Source of the DNA: Yuukianura sp. NJ FZ-2021
Lineage: Eukaryota
Direction: 5' to 3'
NCBI GenBank assembly: GCA_046563655.1
Contig: CM102287.1
Span: forward strand, 7,502,001-7,566,000
DNA length: 64,000 nucleotides
Part shown: piece by piece, positions 47,401-60,372 of the stretch
How the letters are laid out: every line of letters starts with the position of its first letter
Position numbering within the stretch: the stretch's first letter is position 1
The notes under the pieces: model-generated
Databases searched by the model: none
What the model was told of the DNA's origin: nothing
What the model saw: the letters and a program-made list of their open reading frames with translations, nothing else
Position numbers and translations under genes: made by a program

Positions 47401-50400
47401 GTGGAATCTTTTGTACAGTGGTTAGATCCATGTTAGCGTAATTTGGAGTTGGTTTTGTATTTTTTTGTTCAGTTGAATTGACACTGCTTGACGTCTTGTG
47501 GTGGGATTTAGATTGATCCTATTGAATAAAGAACGACTTTCTCCCTGGCAGTGGGGAATTGATGCTTGGCTGTCGTGGAGAGAGAAAGTATTGATTCCAA
47601 AAGGCGTTTTGAGCTGTAAATTGAGTTGTCTAACCTTGGTCGTCCTCCTTTTGTGCTTGTTTTGTGGTTGTTTTGCACTATAACTTGACATTTATGGACG
47701 GTTTCGTATTTACCTATGTCCTTGGACGGACACTTGTGGACGATAATGTTAAGGACTAGTTGTTTTGGACATGGAAAAGTGTTTATGTTTGGTTAGGTTT
47801 CTTGATTACATAAGGAGTAAGGCGAGGTGACGGTTCATGAAGACGGCCGTCCAGTAGTGTCCAGGAATCGGCGTGCAAGGGAGCAGTGTATGTCCTTTTT
47901 ATTTTGGCAAGTTTTTTTTTCCTATTCATTGGACATGAGGCCCACTTTCTCTTTCCGTTTTTATGATTTATACGGTTTTCTCCCACGGTTTTCCTTTTGT
48001 CATCGTCTTCTAAACCTTTCAGAAAGAAAACGATTTTCGGAAGACAGAAGCTCCAGTAGTATGAATGGCACTGGAAGACGCTGACGCTGAAAATGGGAAA
48101 TATGAGCATCATTTTTAGGTTAGGGGGTTGTGGTGGCATTGGCTGCAGGAGGTGAAAGCTCTTGAGAGATAGAAAAAATGATGAGCTGGGAAATCGTAAA
48201 TCTGAGACTTTTTAAAATTTTGTGAAAAGACTTTTTTATGCATTGTTTGTGGCGTGGTTTGTTCAAAACGCTGTTTTCACTCTAGCTTTCTTTGTGTGGT
48301 GTGTCATTTCCTTACTTCCGCCCATCTTTGTCTTTTGTTTCTTTTGTGAGACATTTGAGTCGGCTTTTCTAGATCTTTTTGGAGTAGCTGGAAGAGATTA
48401 TGCAAAGAGACTATAGCAAAAGACTAAAAACAGAGAAAGACTAAAAGAACAAAGAGAAAGATAGTACACGGAATCATGCTTCTAGGCCTTTTGCTTATCC
48501 CAGGTTTTAGCTTTTTCTTCTTTTCGCCACGACTTTCTCCTGGCTTGAGTTTCCTCTGTACACAAGAAAATTTAAAATGAAAACTTAAAAGTAAAAGTTT
48601 TGTGTTGTTTGGAGGTTTAAGTTGGAAAATTTATGTTAGCTTTTCCACTTTATACTTTTGAAAGTGTTACGAGACAAATCCCTCTTCTTGTCTTAAGTTT
48701 TTACCATTACCACCATTCTCTCCTTTCTCCAAGTTATGCAGGAAACTACTGGAATTCGGAGAAAGTCGTTAAGGATTAGCATGTGTACTTTTCTTATAGT
48801 AGTGTTTGAGCTGATGCTTGCTCATTTGCTTATTTTTTGCAAGAATTTTGGAGAGAGACTCTGGTACAATGTAAAGCAAGTTCCAAAAGTTGGCGTAATT
48901 GGCCTGGTTTAATTGGGCTTTTCAAGCTTTGATGCTCTGGAGGGAGTAACTATTGATTTTGAACGAGGAAGGACTACTACTGTAAAGCCGTTTTCGTTTT
49001 TGATGAAATCCAGGAAGCGTGTGGTTAGGTTAGTAGCCTGACTAACCTAATAAGATTTGGTTAGTCTAGGAAATGAACTTTCGGTGGATTTGTCAGAACG
49101 GAAATCTCCGAACTCTGGCTTGTCTCGCTGCAAGATAAGAAGCCTGTTGTCATTTTTGTCACGCGTGCAGTGATTTCCCTTGACCAAAAAACGATCAATT
49201 AAGTGTGGTCGAAGTTAGTGAATTTTGGGAGAAGAGAAATTTTAGGACTTTGAAATTGGAGAAAGCTAAGGGCTTTCCCCGAGTCACTGTGTTATGCGTG
49301 TGCAACGAAATCCAATTTGAACTGAATGTGGGCAAGGGACGTAAGGAAAAGGAGATATTGGATGTCATGATGTAAGGCTCCTCTGGGACCCACCTTCCGC
49401 CAAAACCAGGTCAACTCCGTTTCCTAAAACTTGAAAACGAGTCATTTCGCATTCCGTTCTGAGCCCCCTCTTTTGTACTTTTTCTTTCTCTGGGAAAATA
49501 TACTTTCTCTTTTTGCCCAGTTTAGCTTGGGTAGTTGGTACAGAAAGTGGGCCTGTGAGGCGGAATGGGACATGGTAGACATGGTCAGGAAATTGGGAAA
49601 GTTTCCGTTTCGGTCTCTTTGCAAGACGACAGGTACTAAGGAGGACGACGACGGAGTACGTGAGGAACGTTTTTGAAAAAAAGAAAGAAAGTTTTTAGAA
49701 AAGTGTATTACTACTTGAGTAGTAAAGGCGGAGGCCTTGATTCGAAAAGAATCGTAACTTCCTCTTTTGTAATGATGGTTGAAATTGATAGAAAATAGAG
49801 TTGTCACAAGGAGAAAAGTTACGATCAGAGTATTTTGGTGGGTAATGTTTGGAGAAAGTGAAAGTTGGAGAAACCTAACCTAAGATTCTAGAGGAAAAGT
49901 AAGGAAAACATAACGTTAAATGTTTGAAAGTGGGGAAACCTAACCTAATGTTGGAAAGTAGTGAAAACCTACGTAATGTTAGTAAAGAGAATGAAATGGG
50001 GACAAGCGATGGGAAATGAGAGACGAAGAAGCAGAAAATCGGTGGCAGTTTGTCCTAATCTTGATAATTTCCCGGTTCCGTTTCCCAGTGTGGGAAAATA
50101 GAGCTTAGGAGTCCACACGGTTTTGTTCGTTTTTGCTATTTGGCGCTAGTTCTAGCGTAAGCGTCCTTGCTACTAGTTTCGAAACCTAGTTTTTGGAAGT
50201 TTTTTTGGGCGTAGGGCCTGGAGAGGACTTCTTTCCGATAAGCTTTACTAGACAAGTCCTCTGGAACTGGAAAGTGGTTCGGAAAATGATGATGGGATCC
50301 AAGACTTTAATGTTTCTTTGGCTCCTTTTGGGAGAAACCACCAATCCAAAAAGGGCGGAAGAGAAAGTGGACTTCTTATCTGACTAAACTTTCACTTGTA

Positions 50401-51464
50401 CTTAAATTCTTGACGGCTGAATTTCTTTCCGTCGTCGTAACATGTAAGGACGGATGGGTAAATAATACTTGCGAGTTTCAAGTGTGGGTGGAGACGCTTG
50501 AGGCAAATCGAAATCGAATGAATGTTTTTCCAATTTTTGGAAACGAAACGCTGCAATTTCTGGGAAAATTGAAATGAATTTGGCATAATTTCAGCAGTAA
50601 AGTAAATATTTACTGGACCTTTAATTTGGTTTTTCAGAGGTTCGGGAGCATGGTACTGGCTACTATGGCTTTTCGAAAGATGATGACCAGAGGGCCGTTC
50701 AGTTGGCACAGTTAAAGAAACTTAGTGAAGAAACGGCAGCCTCGAGGAAGAAAATTGAAACTGAAAAGAAAGGAAAGAAGGCACAACTGAAGGAAAGACT
50801 GAAGAAAATTAGAGCTAGGCAGAGAGCAAAGGCAGGCCTTCCGCCTGAGGAAGAAAGTGAAGAAGAAGATGAGGAGGAAGAAGACAAATTGGCGGAACCT
50901 GAGAAGAAAGTAGAAGAACAAGACAAGAATGAGGAATGGAGTCGACCTGTTGACCTCCGTGCGTGGGACTTTGGAAAACCAGGAGTATATGGCCCACAAC
51001 CCCCAAGCTTTGATGAATTAGATGCCAAGTGGCTCAAGGATAGGCGTGAAGATCGGAAATCGGAGTTTGCTCCGCCTTCGAGCTATGGAGGTGCTGGTGC
51101 TGGCAGTTCGACAGTCAAGTACGGAAACTTTGTGCCTGGAGGGACAAAAAGAAGCTACGAACCGATTCCGATATCGCCTTACCCTCAACGGATACAGCCT
51201 ATTCGAGATGAGCTTCCAGCGCCAGCACATTCCTCTAGTAAGGAATTTGAACGTGGGCGGCGAACGGAAATAGCACCTCCACCGACATATGAATATTATC
51301 ATGGTGATACGAAGCGCCAGCGAACGACGATTCCGAAACTGGCTTCAGAAGAAGCGGTTTCAGAAGCAATCGCTCAAGGGGTCCAGAACTTCCGAAAGAA
51401 GTTGGAAGAAAAGCTGGCCAAGACTGGAAGTGAGCATCCGAACCGATACGATTCGGACGACTAA
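35455..51464 (+). CDS. CCDC174: Coiled-coil domain-containing protein 174 homolog with a 14.3-kb third intron
   Basis: Exons 35455-35493, 35626-35837, 35934-36343, 50638-51464 join in frame: MNSSKPIDVGASAALIELKAELYRKQ, LEAKAKLYD, WTEFTDSLGRTRR, IHYQDILFD|EVREHGTGYYGFSKD, RLKKIRARQR. Confidence 0.9.
38260..43648 (-). CDS. Ly6/uPAR (three-finger)-like, probably GPI-anchored protein nested in CCDC174 intron 3
   Basis: Exons 43648-43480, 39479-39276, 39002-38260 with phase-1 introns. Hydrophobic signal, CYVC...C...C...C...RTC...C...CYCAQSLCN, acidic/His-rich stalk, hydrophobic C-terminus SNILLLISSLVYLV. Confidence 0.8.
41176..41268. repeat. Inverted repeat/hairpin, 23-bp arms with one mismatch
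   Basis: ACATAACCTAACATTCTCACTTT (41176-41198) vs AAAGTGTGAATGTTAGGTTATGT (41246-41268). Confidence 0.85.
41530..41735. repeat. Degenerate tandem repeat, GGAGAA(A/G)GTGGATTTTTCAGAAAAA-like
   Basis: About seven imperfect copies visible. Confidence 0.6.
42745..42839 (-). other. tRNA-derived SINE or pseudo-tRNA remnant
   Basis: On the minus strand, A-box-like TGGGTAAATGG (42832-42822) and B-box GGTTCGATTCCC (42766-42755). No clean cloverleaf. Confidence 0.4.
44025..44175. repeat. Degenerate ~10-11-bp tandem repeat (GTTTGACTGAA-like)
   Basis: TTTGAC(T/C)G cores recur. Confidence 0.6.
45090..45465. repeat. Degenerate repeat of (A/G)TGGACG(A/G) cores
   Basis: More than ten TGGACG/CGGACG cores at roughly 15-16-bp spacing. 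Confidence 0.6.
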
Positions 51465-51771
51465 ATCGGCTGAAATATTTCTTGAATAAGTTTAGCATAG
51501 AGTATGACGCGTATGTTATTTAATTTATACAATAAAACTTAAAGTTAATTGTAGCAGATTACCTTAGGCTTGAAAAATGGTATTGGAATGATAGATATAT
51601 CGTTCTGGTAGTGCATGGGACAGCATCCTGGGATTGGGATGTCGATGTCGGCGTAGTTTCTGCTCGAAGTTCGCCAGGTAAAACTTAATTATATTTTAAG
51701 TACACTTTGAAAGCGATGGTGACTAATAATTTAGAACGTAGGAAGCGCGGAGTAGTGTATTAATTAATCGT

Positions 51772-52436
51772 TTAGATTTGTAGGCCAAAGACCGAAACGA
51801 TGCAATAGAGAGTCTTGTTCTCCCATCGGACAGTGCAACATCCATCGGTCGTATTATCCCAGTAACAACTGCTGGCAGTATGGAGTCCGGCTCCTGTCTT
51901 CTGCATGATGGTACAATTGACTGAAACAGAAAACAACGTTGTATGTACCTAAACTGAAGGTAATTGAATTTAAATTGATGATTAATCCAGATTAGTTCTA
52001 TGTGTTTTTAGGTTTACCGATATACTTGAACGGTTTGTGCAAAGAGGTCAGTCCACCAATGCATCCTTCCACGACGCCTGATGTCCACTAAATAAACAAG
52101 AAACAGGTTCGTTAATATTTTATTTCATTAATTAACTTTAAACTAATTAATTGTTCGTAATTAGCCCATTACTATAACAAATGGACGAACTCACCTGTCC
52201 TACTTTGGTGTTCGTATAAGTCTGGCCCCCAATAGTCTTTTCAATGGTTTCTTTGACTATGGCACTGACCTCATCAGCAACAAATTGTTGAGTCTGAAAT
52301 TCATAATGTAACAGTTAGCTGCCACTAAAAATTAATTTTAGGGTAGAAACATGCAGATTTTAAGGACCCTATGCTAGAGGCAGAGAGTAGTTAATTAGTC
52401 TGGGTCAGTTACCTCTTCGTGGGCCTCATCTGTCAT
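51772..52436 (-). CDS. DYNLT1: Dynein light chain Tctex-type 1, copy 1
   Basis: Exons 52436-52413, 52293-52195, 52087-52018, 51920-51772: [26 protein letters not shown]...[55 protein letters not shown]. Confidence 0.95.
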
Positions 52437-53674
52437 TTTAATGTTGTGTGTAATCCGTCTCTTTACAGTTGCAGTTCAGTCTTTACTCTTTACGTTGACA
52501 GAGAGGTCAAGTCGAGGTCAACACACCACATGGGAAACTTAACACAAATGTAACTTTCGGACTGTCGATCGATTATCACAGAAGACAACACAAAGCGTGT
52601 TTTCTTAAGTTACTGTATTAACGGTATGACAGAAACAGAACAACTTATAAAAAAAATCTGGTATAAAATTTATCTAATTTGTTGTGATTTTTTAGTTAGT
52701 ACAACTACAACTCCAAATATCAATGTTGTTTGTGGGATTTCCTATGGATGAAACTCGAAGACAAATTCCAAATGAATGAGATGAGCAAATGAAAAACCAG
52801 CCAGAAGATTCCTTTCCGCCGAAGGCCAATGTACTCACGTGAGTGAAATTGTGCGAATAAGATTCTTCGGGTAGTAAATCCAAAGTTGTAATCATTAAAA
52901 CTAGGATTAAAATAAGATATTTTAACTTTTGCAGTTAACTAGGGTGGACGTGGAAGTCGAATTAGCAAGAACAAGGAGAGATAAAGAAAGGTGTTAAGTT
53001 TAGAACTGACATAGGAAAGTGCAGCTTAAGTTGTGCCACGCAGAAGCCACTTAAGAGACTCACTTGCTAAAGTGAGTCTGGACAGACTGGCAGACAGTGG
53101 ATTGCTGGCTGATGCTGACTGGCTTGGTTTATTGCAGACACGAAGTGAGTGACTGATTTGCGGTAAACGACCTTCGCATTTTAAAGGTATGGAAAATTTA
53201 ATTTTTGAGGTTGTATCTAATTTTTCCAAAATCTAAAATTATGTAGGGCATAGTTAAGATGTAAAGGAAAGTTTTCAGTTAAAACTTAAATATGTATTTA
53301 TAAAGTTACGTAGCAGAATTGGCAATGAACTGTTTATCTGTCGGGTTTAGGTTTTTGATTTACATTTGTCTAATTTTCTAATTAACTGGTTGACTATGGA
53401 CACTTTAATTTGTGGTTTGAGTTGAGCAAGCGGTACGTTAACCTTGGTGATATCGTTTGTGTGTGAATTGCTTTAGTTATTTTTGAATCGTTCGGACGTA
53501 AAGTCGAACTTTAACACTTAGGCTTAAAGTTGACCTTTAACAAGCTTGTTTCAATTTTAAACACTTTTTAATTGATTTTTTGTGTATTTTTGCAGATTGC
53601 ATTGGATCTATTTTCGTACTTAACAACGAGGTCATCAATCATAAGCAGCGAACGTACGACGAAAACACTCCATC

Positions 53675-54148
53675 ATGCTTAAAGTACTTACCAAAGCAAA
53701 TTCGACGTTGGTTCGCAGTTTAACACGACCCGCAGTTTCTGGATGCATGACCTCAGCGCAATACAGCAACAGCGCTCGCGGCCCAATTGATCAACCAGAA
53801 GTACTACCTTCATCCCACGTCCCACCGTATCGGCCTCGCGTCAATGAACCCATTGAAACCGTCAGAGCACGACTTCTGTACCAGTCTCGGAAGAGGGGAA
53901 TGCTGGAGAACGGCCTGCTGCTGAGCACATTTGCGGCAAAGTTTTTGCAAACTATGACCGAAGACGAATTGCGAGACTATGATCGACTTATTAATTTGCC
54001 ATCAAACGACTGGGACATCTTTTACTGGGCTACCGGAGTGAAACCAATTCCGAACGAATTTGATACTCCAATGATGCGGAAGTTCATTGTTCATGTCCAG
54101 AACAGCGACAGGGAGTCTCGATACCAGCAGCCAAGCCTCTCACCTTAA
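53675..54148 (+). CDS. SDHAF2: Succinate dehydrogenase assembly factor 2, mitochondrial
   Basis: [24 protein letters not shown]...[20 protein letters not shown]; basic N-terminal transit-like peptide; single coding exon. Confidence 0.97.
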   Translation: MLKVLTKANSTLVRSLTRPAVSGCMTSAQYSNSARGPIDQPEVLPSSHVPPYRPRVNEPIETVRARLLYQSRKRGMLENGLLLSTFAAKFLQTMTEDELRDYDRLINLPSNDWDIFYWATGVKPIPNEFDTPMMRKFIVHVQNSDRESRYQQPSLSP

Positions 54149-54482
54149 TTTGGTACGTCCAAAAGCTATTTCAGTATTTGGAATATGTGTTTCCAACGCA
54201 ACGTATTTAAGATTCATGTTTGTAATATTTTATAGGAACTGAAACAAAACTGGTTGCAACTTGTTTGGAGTGAAGTTGTGCTGCTGATGATGTTTCCATA
54301 AAGCTTTAGCTTAGCGTGAAAATTCTTGACCTCCTCCAGTCCCGTGAGCTCATTCAAGCACCAAAAAGACTTCATTAGCTACATTTGAAATTAGAGTTAA
54401 TTTCACGTAATAAGAAAACAGAAATAATAAATTATTATTCTTTCCTTGGTAAACCCGTGTCGAATTCTTACACAACGGTACA

Positions 54483-55164
54483 ATGGGGGATGAATTCAAT
54501 GAAGAGGTAAGACTTTCTCAAAATCTAATATTTTGAAACTTCGAATTCTGAAAAATCTAATTTTGGTTTCATTTTTAGAATCAATTCGTTACGGACGAGG
54601 TCTCCATGATTGTTCGAGAGGCAGTTGAGACAGTGCTGGGATCGTCTGAGTTCAGCAACATTCTGGTGAAATCATGGACCAGCAGGTGAGTTACCTCTAA
54701 AATACAGAAGTTGGTAGTTGTATGAAACGCTGCGCAAGTATTCTAGAATTTTGATCGACAACTTTTAATTTTCTAGCATTCTGGAGACAGTCATGAATGG
54801 CCTGATTGCTCTTCAGAAGCCGTTCAAGTACACGGGTGAGTTTAAACATAACAATGTATGAGCGTTTTATTCAAAAGTATTCTGGGAAAAGTAATCGATG
54901 CAATTTTAATGTTTAGTGAACTGTGCCATCATGCAAAAAACCGGAGCTGGTCTTCATACTACGAGTTCCTGTAAGTATTTTTTTTTTTAATTTTTCGAAA
55001 GCGTACGTACAAAATCTGCTTTTGAATTTTGGAAACGACTCAGTGTGACAAATATTTTTATATTTGCAGGTTTCTGGGACATTGGGACGGACGGATGCTG
55101 TACTGTTCGTTGGGAAAACAAGCACTCCATCGTCATCGTGTCTGTGTTTGCTCTCGCTATTTAG
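54483..55164 (+). CDS. Dynein light chain Tctex-type paralog, copy 2
   Basis: Exons 54483-54506, 54579-54685, 54777-54835, 54917-54970, 55070-55164: [25 protein letters not shown]...[56 protein letters not shown]. Confidence 0.93.
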
Positions 55165-55503
55165 ACAGTCAAAGTTCACTGACCTCCAATTCAAAACATT
55201 TAACACAAGATAACAAGTTAAACGAGTTACAACAAGGATCAAATAATAACCACTTGTAAGATGCCTTAATCGAACTTGGCAATTGTTTGCTCTGATCCTG
55301 TTGACAATTGGGCGAGGTACTCAGATTGTTCGTTTATGGCCAACACCAACTTTGTTGAGACTTTTTATTTCTCAGTCTTCAGGTTTGTCTTTTTTCTTTT
55401 ACGTTATGGTATTTTTTCTTTTTCATTTTTAACAAAAATAATATAATATTAGAAATATTATAAAACAAAATAGTTATGGCTTTGGTAGAAGCGATTTTTC
55501 GAA

Positions 55504-56357
55504 CTAATAATGGCCACCCTGATCCGCTTTGCCTTGGTCAGCGAAACCACCTTGGGCGAAACCACCTTGGGCGAAACCGCCTTGCGCGGCGAATGCTGCC
55601 TCTTGAGCCTGGTTTTGCCCAATGAACTGATTAGCTTCAACTCGCTGCGCTGCATCCAGTCCCAGGCCGAGATCACCTAAAAGTAGAAATTACAATTTTT
55701 GATGATTCTTTCATTTTATGTTGTTTTTTTTTTAATTCTTTGAAAATGATGTAAAGATTTTGAAATTCACTGACCTCCTGGCGTCTTGTAGCGGATGAAG
55801 AAGACTTCTGGTTTGTGTTGTGCCGGTGGTGGTGGAACCGGAATGTTAAGTTCTGGCAATGGTTCTGGCTTCTTGGTCAGAACGTAAACTAGCGTCTTCA
55901 CTTCTGGAGCTGGTGGAATGAGCGGCACTTCTGGAAGTTCCACTGGAGGTGGGGTAGGTGCCTTGATGAAAATAATTTTGTAGTGTTTCTGTGGAGGTGG
56001 GGGTGGTGGATAAACTTTTTTGATTCTTGGCAAATAGGGTTCTGGAGGTGGGACATGGACGTAGACGTGCTTATGGATAATCGGAGCTTGGAGGTTTCCT
56101 AGAAGTGGAGCACCGATGCTAGGGCCTGGACCGATACCAGGACCTGGACCGAATGCTGGCCCTGGAGCTCCGTAGCCTTGAGCGTGCGCGAGACCCCCCT
56201 CGTACCCACCATATCCATGATCCAGTGGTGGATGAGCCCTTACTAGCATCACAAGGGACGCTAGCACCTAGACCACAACCAATTCCCTTTTGAAATTCTG
56301 AAAAATACCGAATCGAAATTTCAAATTTCGAAAAGTTCTTACCAGAAAGTGCTTCAT
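55504..56357 (-). CDS. Tweedle/DUF243 cuticular protein
   Basis: Exons 56357-56343, 56267-55775, 55676-55504. Four Tweedle blocks: IHKHVYVHVPP, KHYKIIFIKAP, KTLVYVLTKKP, KPEVFFIRYKT. Signal peptide; GGFAQ repeats at the C-terminus. Confidence 0.93.
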
Positions 56358-58527
56358 GACACTGAGGAAGTCCAATTGTAACAGTTAACTTAAGAAATTG
56401 TCAAGGGTACTTCAGGACCACTTCCGGTCTGGTCTTCCGTCACTGATCAATTGAATAAGACGAAGCCCTTGGTCTAGGCCTTATAAAGTCTCCTCTGTTT
56501 TCTCAATGTGGTCATCGCACCCTGCTGTACTTGCCATGTCGCTCTGTCAGATCTTTATCGTAGGGTGAGAGGGATTGACATGCCGCGTATCTTACAACAA
56601 CGTGTTACCACAATGGAGTCAAGTCTTTATTAATTCCCAAGTTGCAAATTTTGGGAATCCATGCAAAAAGTTATAAGCGAAAGTCTTTCAGGAAAGCCTC
56701 GCCTCACTTTCCTTTTGTTTTTTGGCAATTTGTGCTAACATTAAACTTTTAATTTCTGTCACAAAAACCAACGCTATCAAAAGCTTCCACCATATTTTGA
56801 CTTGAAATGCAAACAAACACGTCCGAAATAGTTCTTTGCAAGTTAATAAAAACGTATTTCCGGTTTAGTACATTGTTAAGAATGATGTGAGAAAAAAGTG
56901 AATATTTTTTTTTTGCAAAATGCAACGTGACCTTAATCCAGTTTCATGCAATTTAGATAGAGAAAGTTTTCATTTTGCGATGCAAAAAAAAAGTTTTGCA
57001 ATCAACGATGTAAGGGAATTGTTCATTGCTTCAACCATTCTCACAAGGTTCTCCAAATGAAAGTGAACTTGAAATTGACTGAAAAGGAAATGTTGCTTAC
57101 AAGCAGAGGAGGAGTCAGCACTTCAGTCAGAATAATATTGAAAATAACAAATTAATTGTGTTGGAAAAGTTGGAAGCTGTCAATTGAAAGTGAAACTTCT
57201 GCAATTTCAGGTTCTGACAATGAACTCTCAATGTGAACATTTTGATTCTCACATACACAAAACAAGTTTTTATTAGAAAATCATAAATTGTTTGACTCGC
57301 AATAATTCAACGTGCGTAGGACTTCGTGATCCTACAAATTTTACTCAAATGGAAATTCGATTTCATTATGAAGATTTTTAGGAAAATTTCCCAAGTTCGG
57401 AGAGCCTACGCCCAGATTCGCACGAACCTCAAGTGTCAAGATCTGCATTTCCGATTACGATGTTTCAGGCAGCCTTTAATAATGTGAAATGATGCATCAT
57501 CAGTTTTTTTTTTCAAAAATTAACCAGGTAAGTTTTTTAGGAAATGTTTTAAACCAAATTAAGAGAAGCTTTGCAAGGTTGGTTGTTGCAAAAAGTTGCA
57601 ATTTTTTAGAATTTTCTAAAACAAAAATAAAACTAGAAGAGTGAATGTGTTTGTGTAGTGCGGTGTGCGGTTGAAAGTTTTGAAGTGATGCTCATGAGAC
57701 CTAATGGGACTTCCAAAGAGAGGAGAAATTTAGACCGGATATTATACGGAGAGAAGAGGCAGGTAGGCTCCCTCCTTTGTTCACTGCAGGATAGGATCCT
57801 GTGTAGGAGAAGCGCGTGATGGGAAAAAGTAGAGGGAAGCAGAGGAGCCTTTTGGCTCCGCATAATCTCCTGTCAACTCGGACCGGCTCTCAGCATTTTC
57901 TTTAACAAACAAATACAAATCTCTCTCCAAAATTCTAAAACTGAAAATATAAATTTCAGGAATGGAATGCAGTAGAGAGATGATCTCTTCGCTAATAAAT
58001 TCAGTATTTTGAAAATTGTAAAAACTTCAAAGTCGGAGAATACGTTTCCAACAATTTTTTCGATTTTCCTCATTTTGGCGAGACGAGTTTTGTGCAAAAC
58101 TTTTGCACAAAGAACGTGAAATGTTGTTTTGCAATAATGCAATGCAAGGTGCGTGGTGGGGCCGCACAAAAGTTCTATCCAGTTCTGATTTACGTTTATG
58201 TAAAACTGAAAAACTTTGATTCTGGAAACAGACTGGTTTGCCAATTTCCATTTTTGCAAGCATTTTGCTGGAAGGCTTTACAAGCACAACACAAATCCGC
58301 ATTGAGGCATGCATTCAAAAACTGTTAACGCTACGTTAGTCTTGAATTGCGTTGATTTTCAACAAAGTTAAAAAAAGAAGCGTCAGTTCTGTTCCTGATT
58401 CGTTTGAAAGTAGACCCTAGCCTTCACTCTGCCTGAGGTCACTTGAAGCGTCCAACTTGCAATCTGCTAAACTTGTTTCAAAAGTTTCAGCCATTTTGTT
58501 CTGAAACAACAAAACTGCGAAGCCATC

Positions 58528-58990
58528 ATGAAGCAGTATACTGTGCGGTAAGTTCAACATTTCCGGTTTTAAAATCTCCGTAAACGTATTTAAGTTTATT
58601 ACGTTTAATTCACCGTTTTTGCTTGACAATGCTGAAAATTGCAATGAAAATGAATCTTTTCTGCTTCCTAGAGCTGAGAAGGCTCCAACTGCGGAAGACT
58701 CCGACAATTGGGACATTAAGTTAACTGGAATGAACGTTCAACAAGCGAAAGAATGGACTGGAACTACATTTGGACGGAACTGGACTATCCGCTACACAAT
58801 GCCATCAGATGAGTCATATCCGTGCTTCCTTTTAGCAAAACGTTCTGGAGAGAAAACTGGCGCCATGTTGGCAGCAGGCACTGCCGACTACCTAGAACAC
58901 GCTGATCGCTTCAAAATCAAATCCGGAAGTTGCAGTAAAGTCGCTGGGTACAGTTACACTTTCATCCTCGTCTCCAACGCCACCGACTAA
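58528..58990 (+). CDS. Hypothetical 112-aa protein, two exons
   Basis: ATG 58528, strong donor CG|GTAAGT after 58547, acceptor TTCCTAG before 58672, open to TAA 58990. No family recognised. Confidence 0.6.
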
Positions 58991-60372
58991 ATTCTGCAAA
59001 AAGTCCTTGCAAAATCGTACAAGTCAATCTCTAGCTACGACAGAACGAACTTGTCTTTCCTTACAAAGGAACCTTACGTAATTTTAGTATTTCACTATAT
59101 TTAGCTTTGAAATTCAAACGTTCATTTTACTTTTATTCAAAATACCACATAAAGTTAGTGTAGGTAGTTGCAAAAAATTGGTAAACTAAAAAATTGCACA
59201 TTGATTAGACATAACTTTTAGACAGTCTGCCCTTTTGAAGAGGTAGCCTTTTTGCAAATTTGCAACATCTCTGCAAAATGCAGCAGCAGCCTAGATATCA
59301 CGAGTTGTCTTCCTCATCATAAAAACTGTTTGCATGCAAAGTTGCTCTGTAATTTCTAAATCTAAAACATGTACACTATTTAGCTAGCTAACATTTTCAT
59401 AAAAATCAAAATTAAAAGCATGCACCAACCGAGAAACAAAAAAAAAGTTATGGTCAAGTCTTTTTTTAAGTTAAGTTCAACACAATTTACATCTCTAGAA
59501 CTTACTTTTCGCTCATTCTACCAAGTAACAATACAGTTTTGGTTTGAGGTCAGAGAGGTCACAGAGTCCGGATTTTATCCTACGCTTAATAATACTTTTG
59601 GGTATAGTACACAACACTTCTACAACATCTTTCTACAGTTGTCACTAACTTTATAGTTTACTAACTATCCTAAGTTAGTCTTTCTAACGCTCAACAACTA
59701 ACACTGTGAGCGACTAACAAATTTTGGTTTGCAAAAATAGTACGTTAAAAGTGTTAGACCGTTCTAGGGGTTTATTGTTTCACTTGCATTGCGGTTGCGG
59801 AAAAGGTGTCAAAATTGTAACGCTTGAGACTTTAATTTACAGTCCACAAGGACTAACGTTGCTTGATTTACCCTGCGGCAGGCCAAGTTACGAAAATTTT
59901 CAATGCAAATGGGCTTTTTAGAAAAACCATTTCGAAAAACTCAATTTCACGGTGCAATTTAAGATTAGACCGAAAATTTTCCTGGCCCAAGGATTTTTTA
60001 CGTTAGAAAGCCTAATTTTAACCGAATTTGAGTTTAGGGCGAACGACTAGTCACGTCCCATTTCATTTAACAGGTCGTTTAAGCAAAAAGCTTAAAATGA
60101 GCAGAAGCAACGGGGACGTTTACAAGTCTAACTTCCATTAAAAGTTAGTTTTGCTTAGTAGTTGCCTAATTTCCACAACCCGTTGACAGGTATTATTTAT
60201 AATTAAAGCGAAGAAGTCTCGTATTGTCTTTTTAGGGTATAGTTTCCTAATCGGTTTCGCAACAAAGCACAACTTCACAAATTGGCAAGATACGAACAAA
60301 CCAGAGCAGCCGGTTGCACTAAATCTATTTAAGTAAAATTCGGCGGAATTCGTAGGGTTTGGCAATTCTTTC

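Noticed and set aside
40000..50600. Many 60-125-aa ORFs in the large intron
   Set aside because: Apart from the Ly6 first exon, none shows domains, coherent splicing or coding-like composition.
50703..51464. Stand-alone 253-aa ORF
   Set aside because: It is the last exon of CCDC174, not a separate gene.
51545..51680. GC-richer, exon-like block between the CCDC174 and Tctex-1 stop codons
   Set aside because: Short open frames exist on both strands but none connects to a convincing start or splice partner; most likely overlapping 3' UTR.
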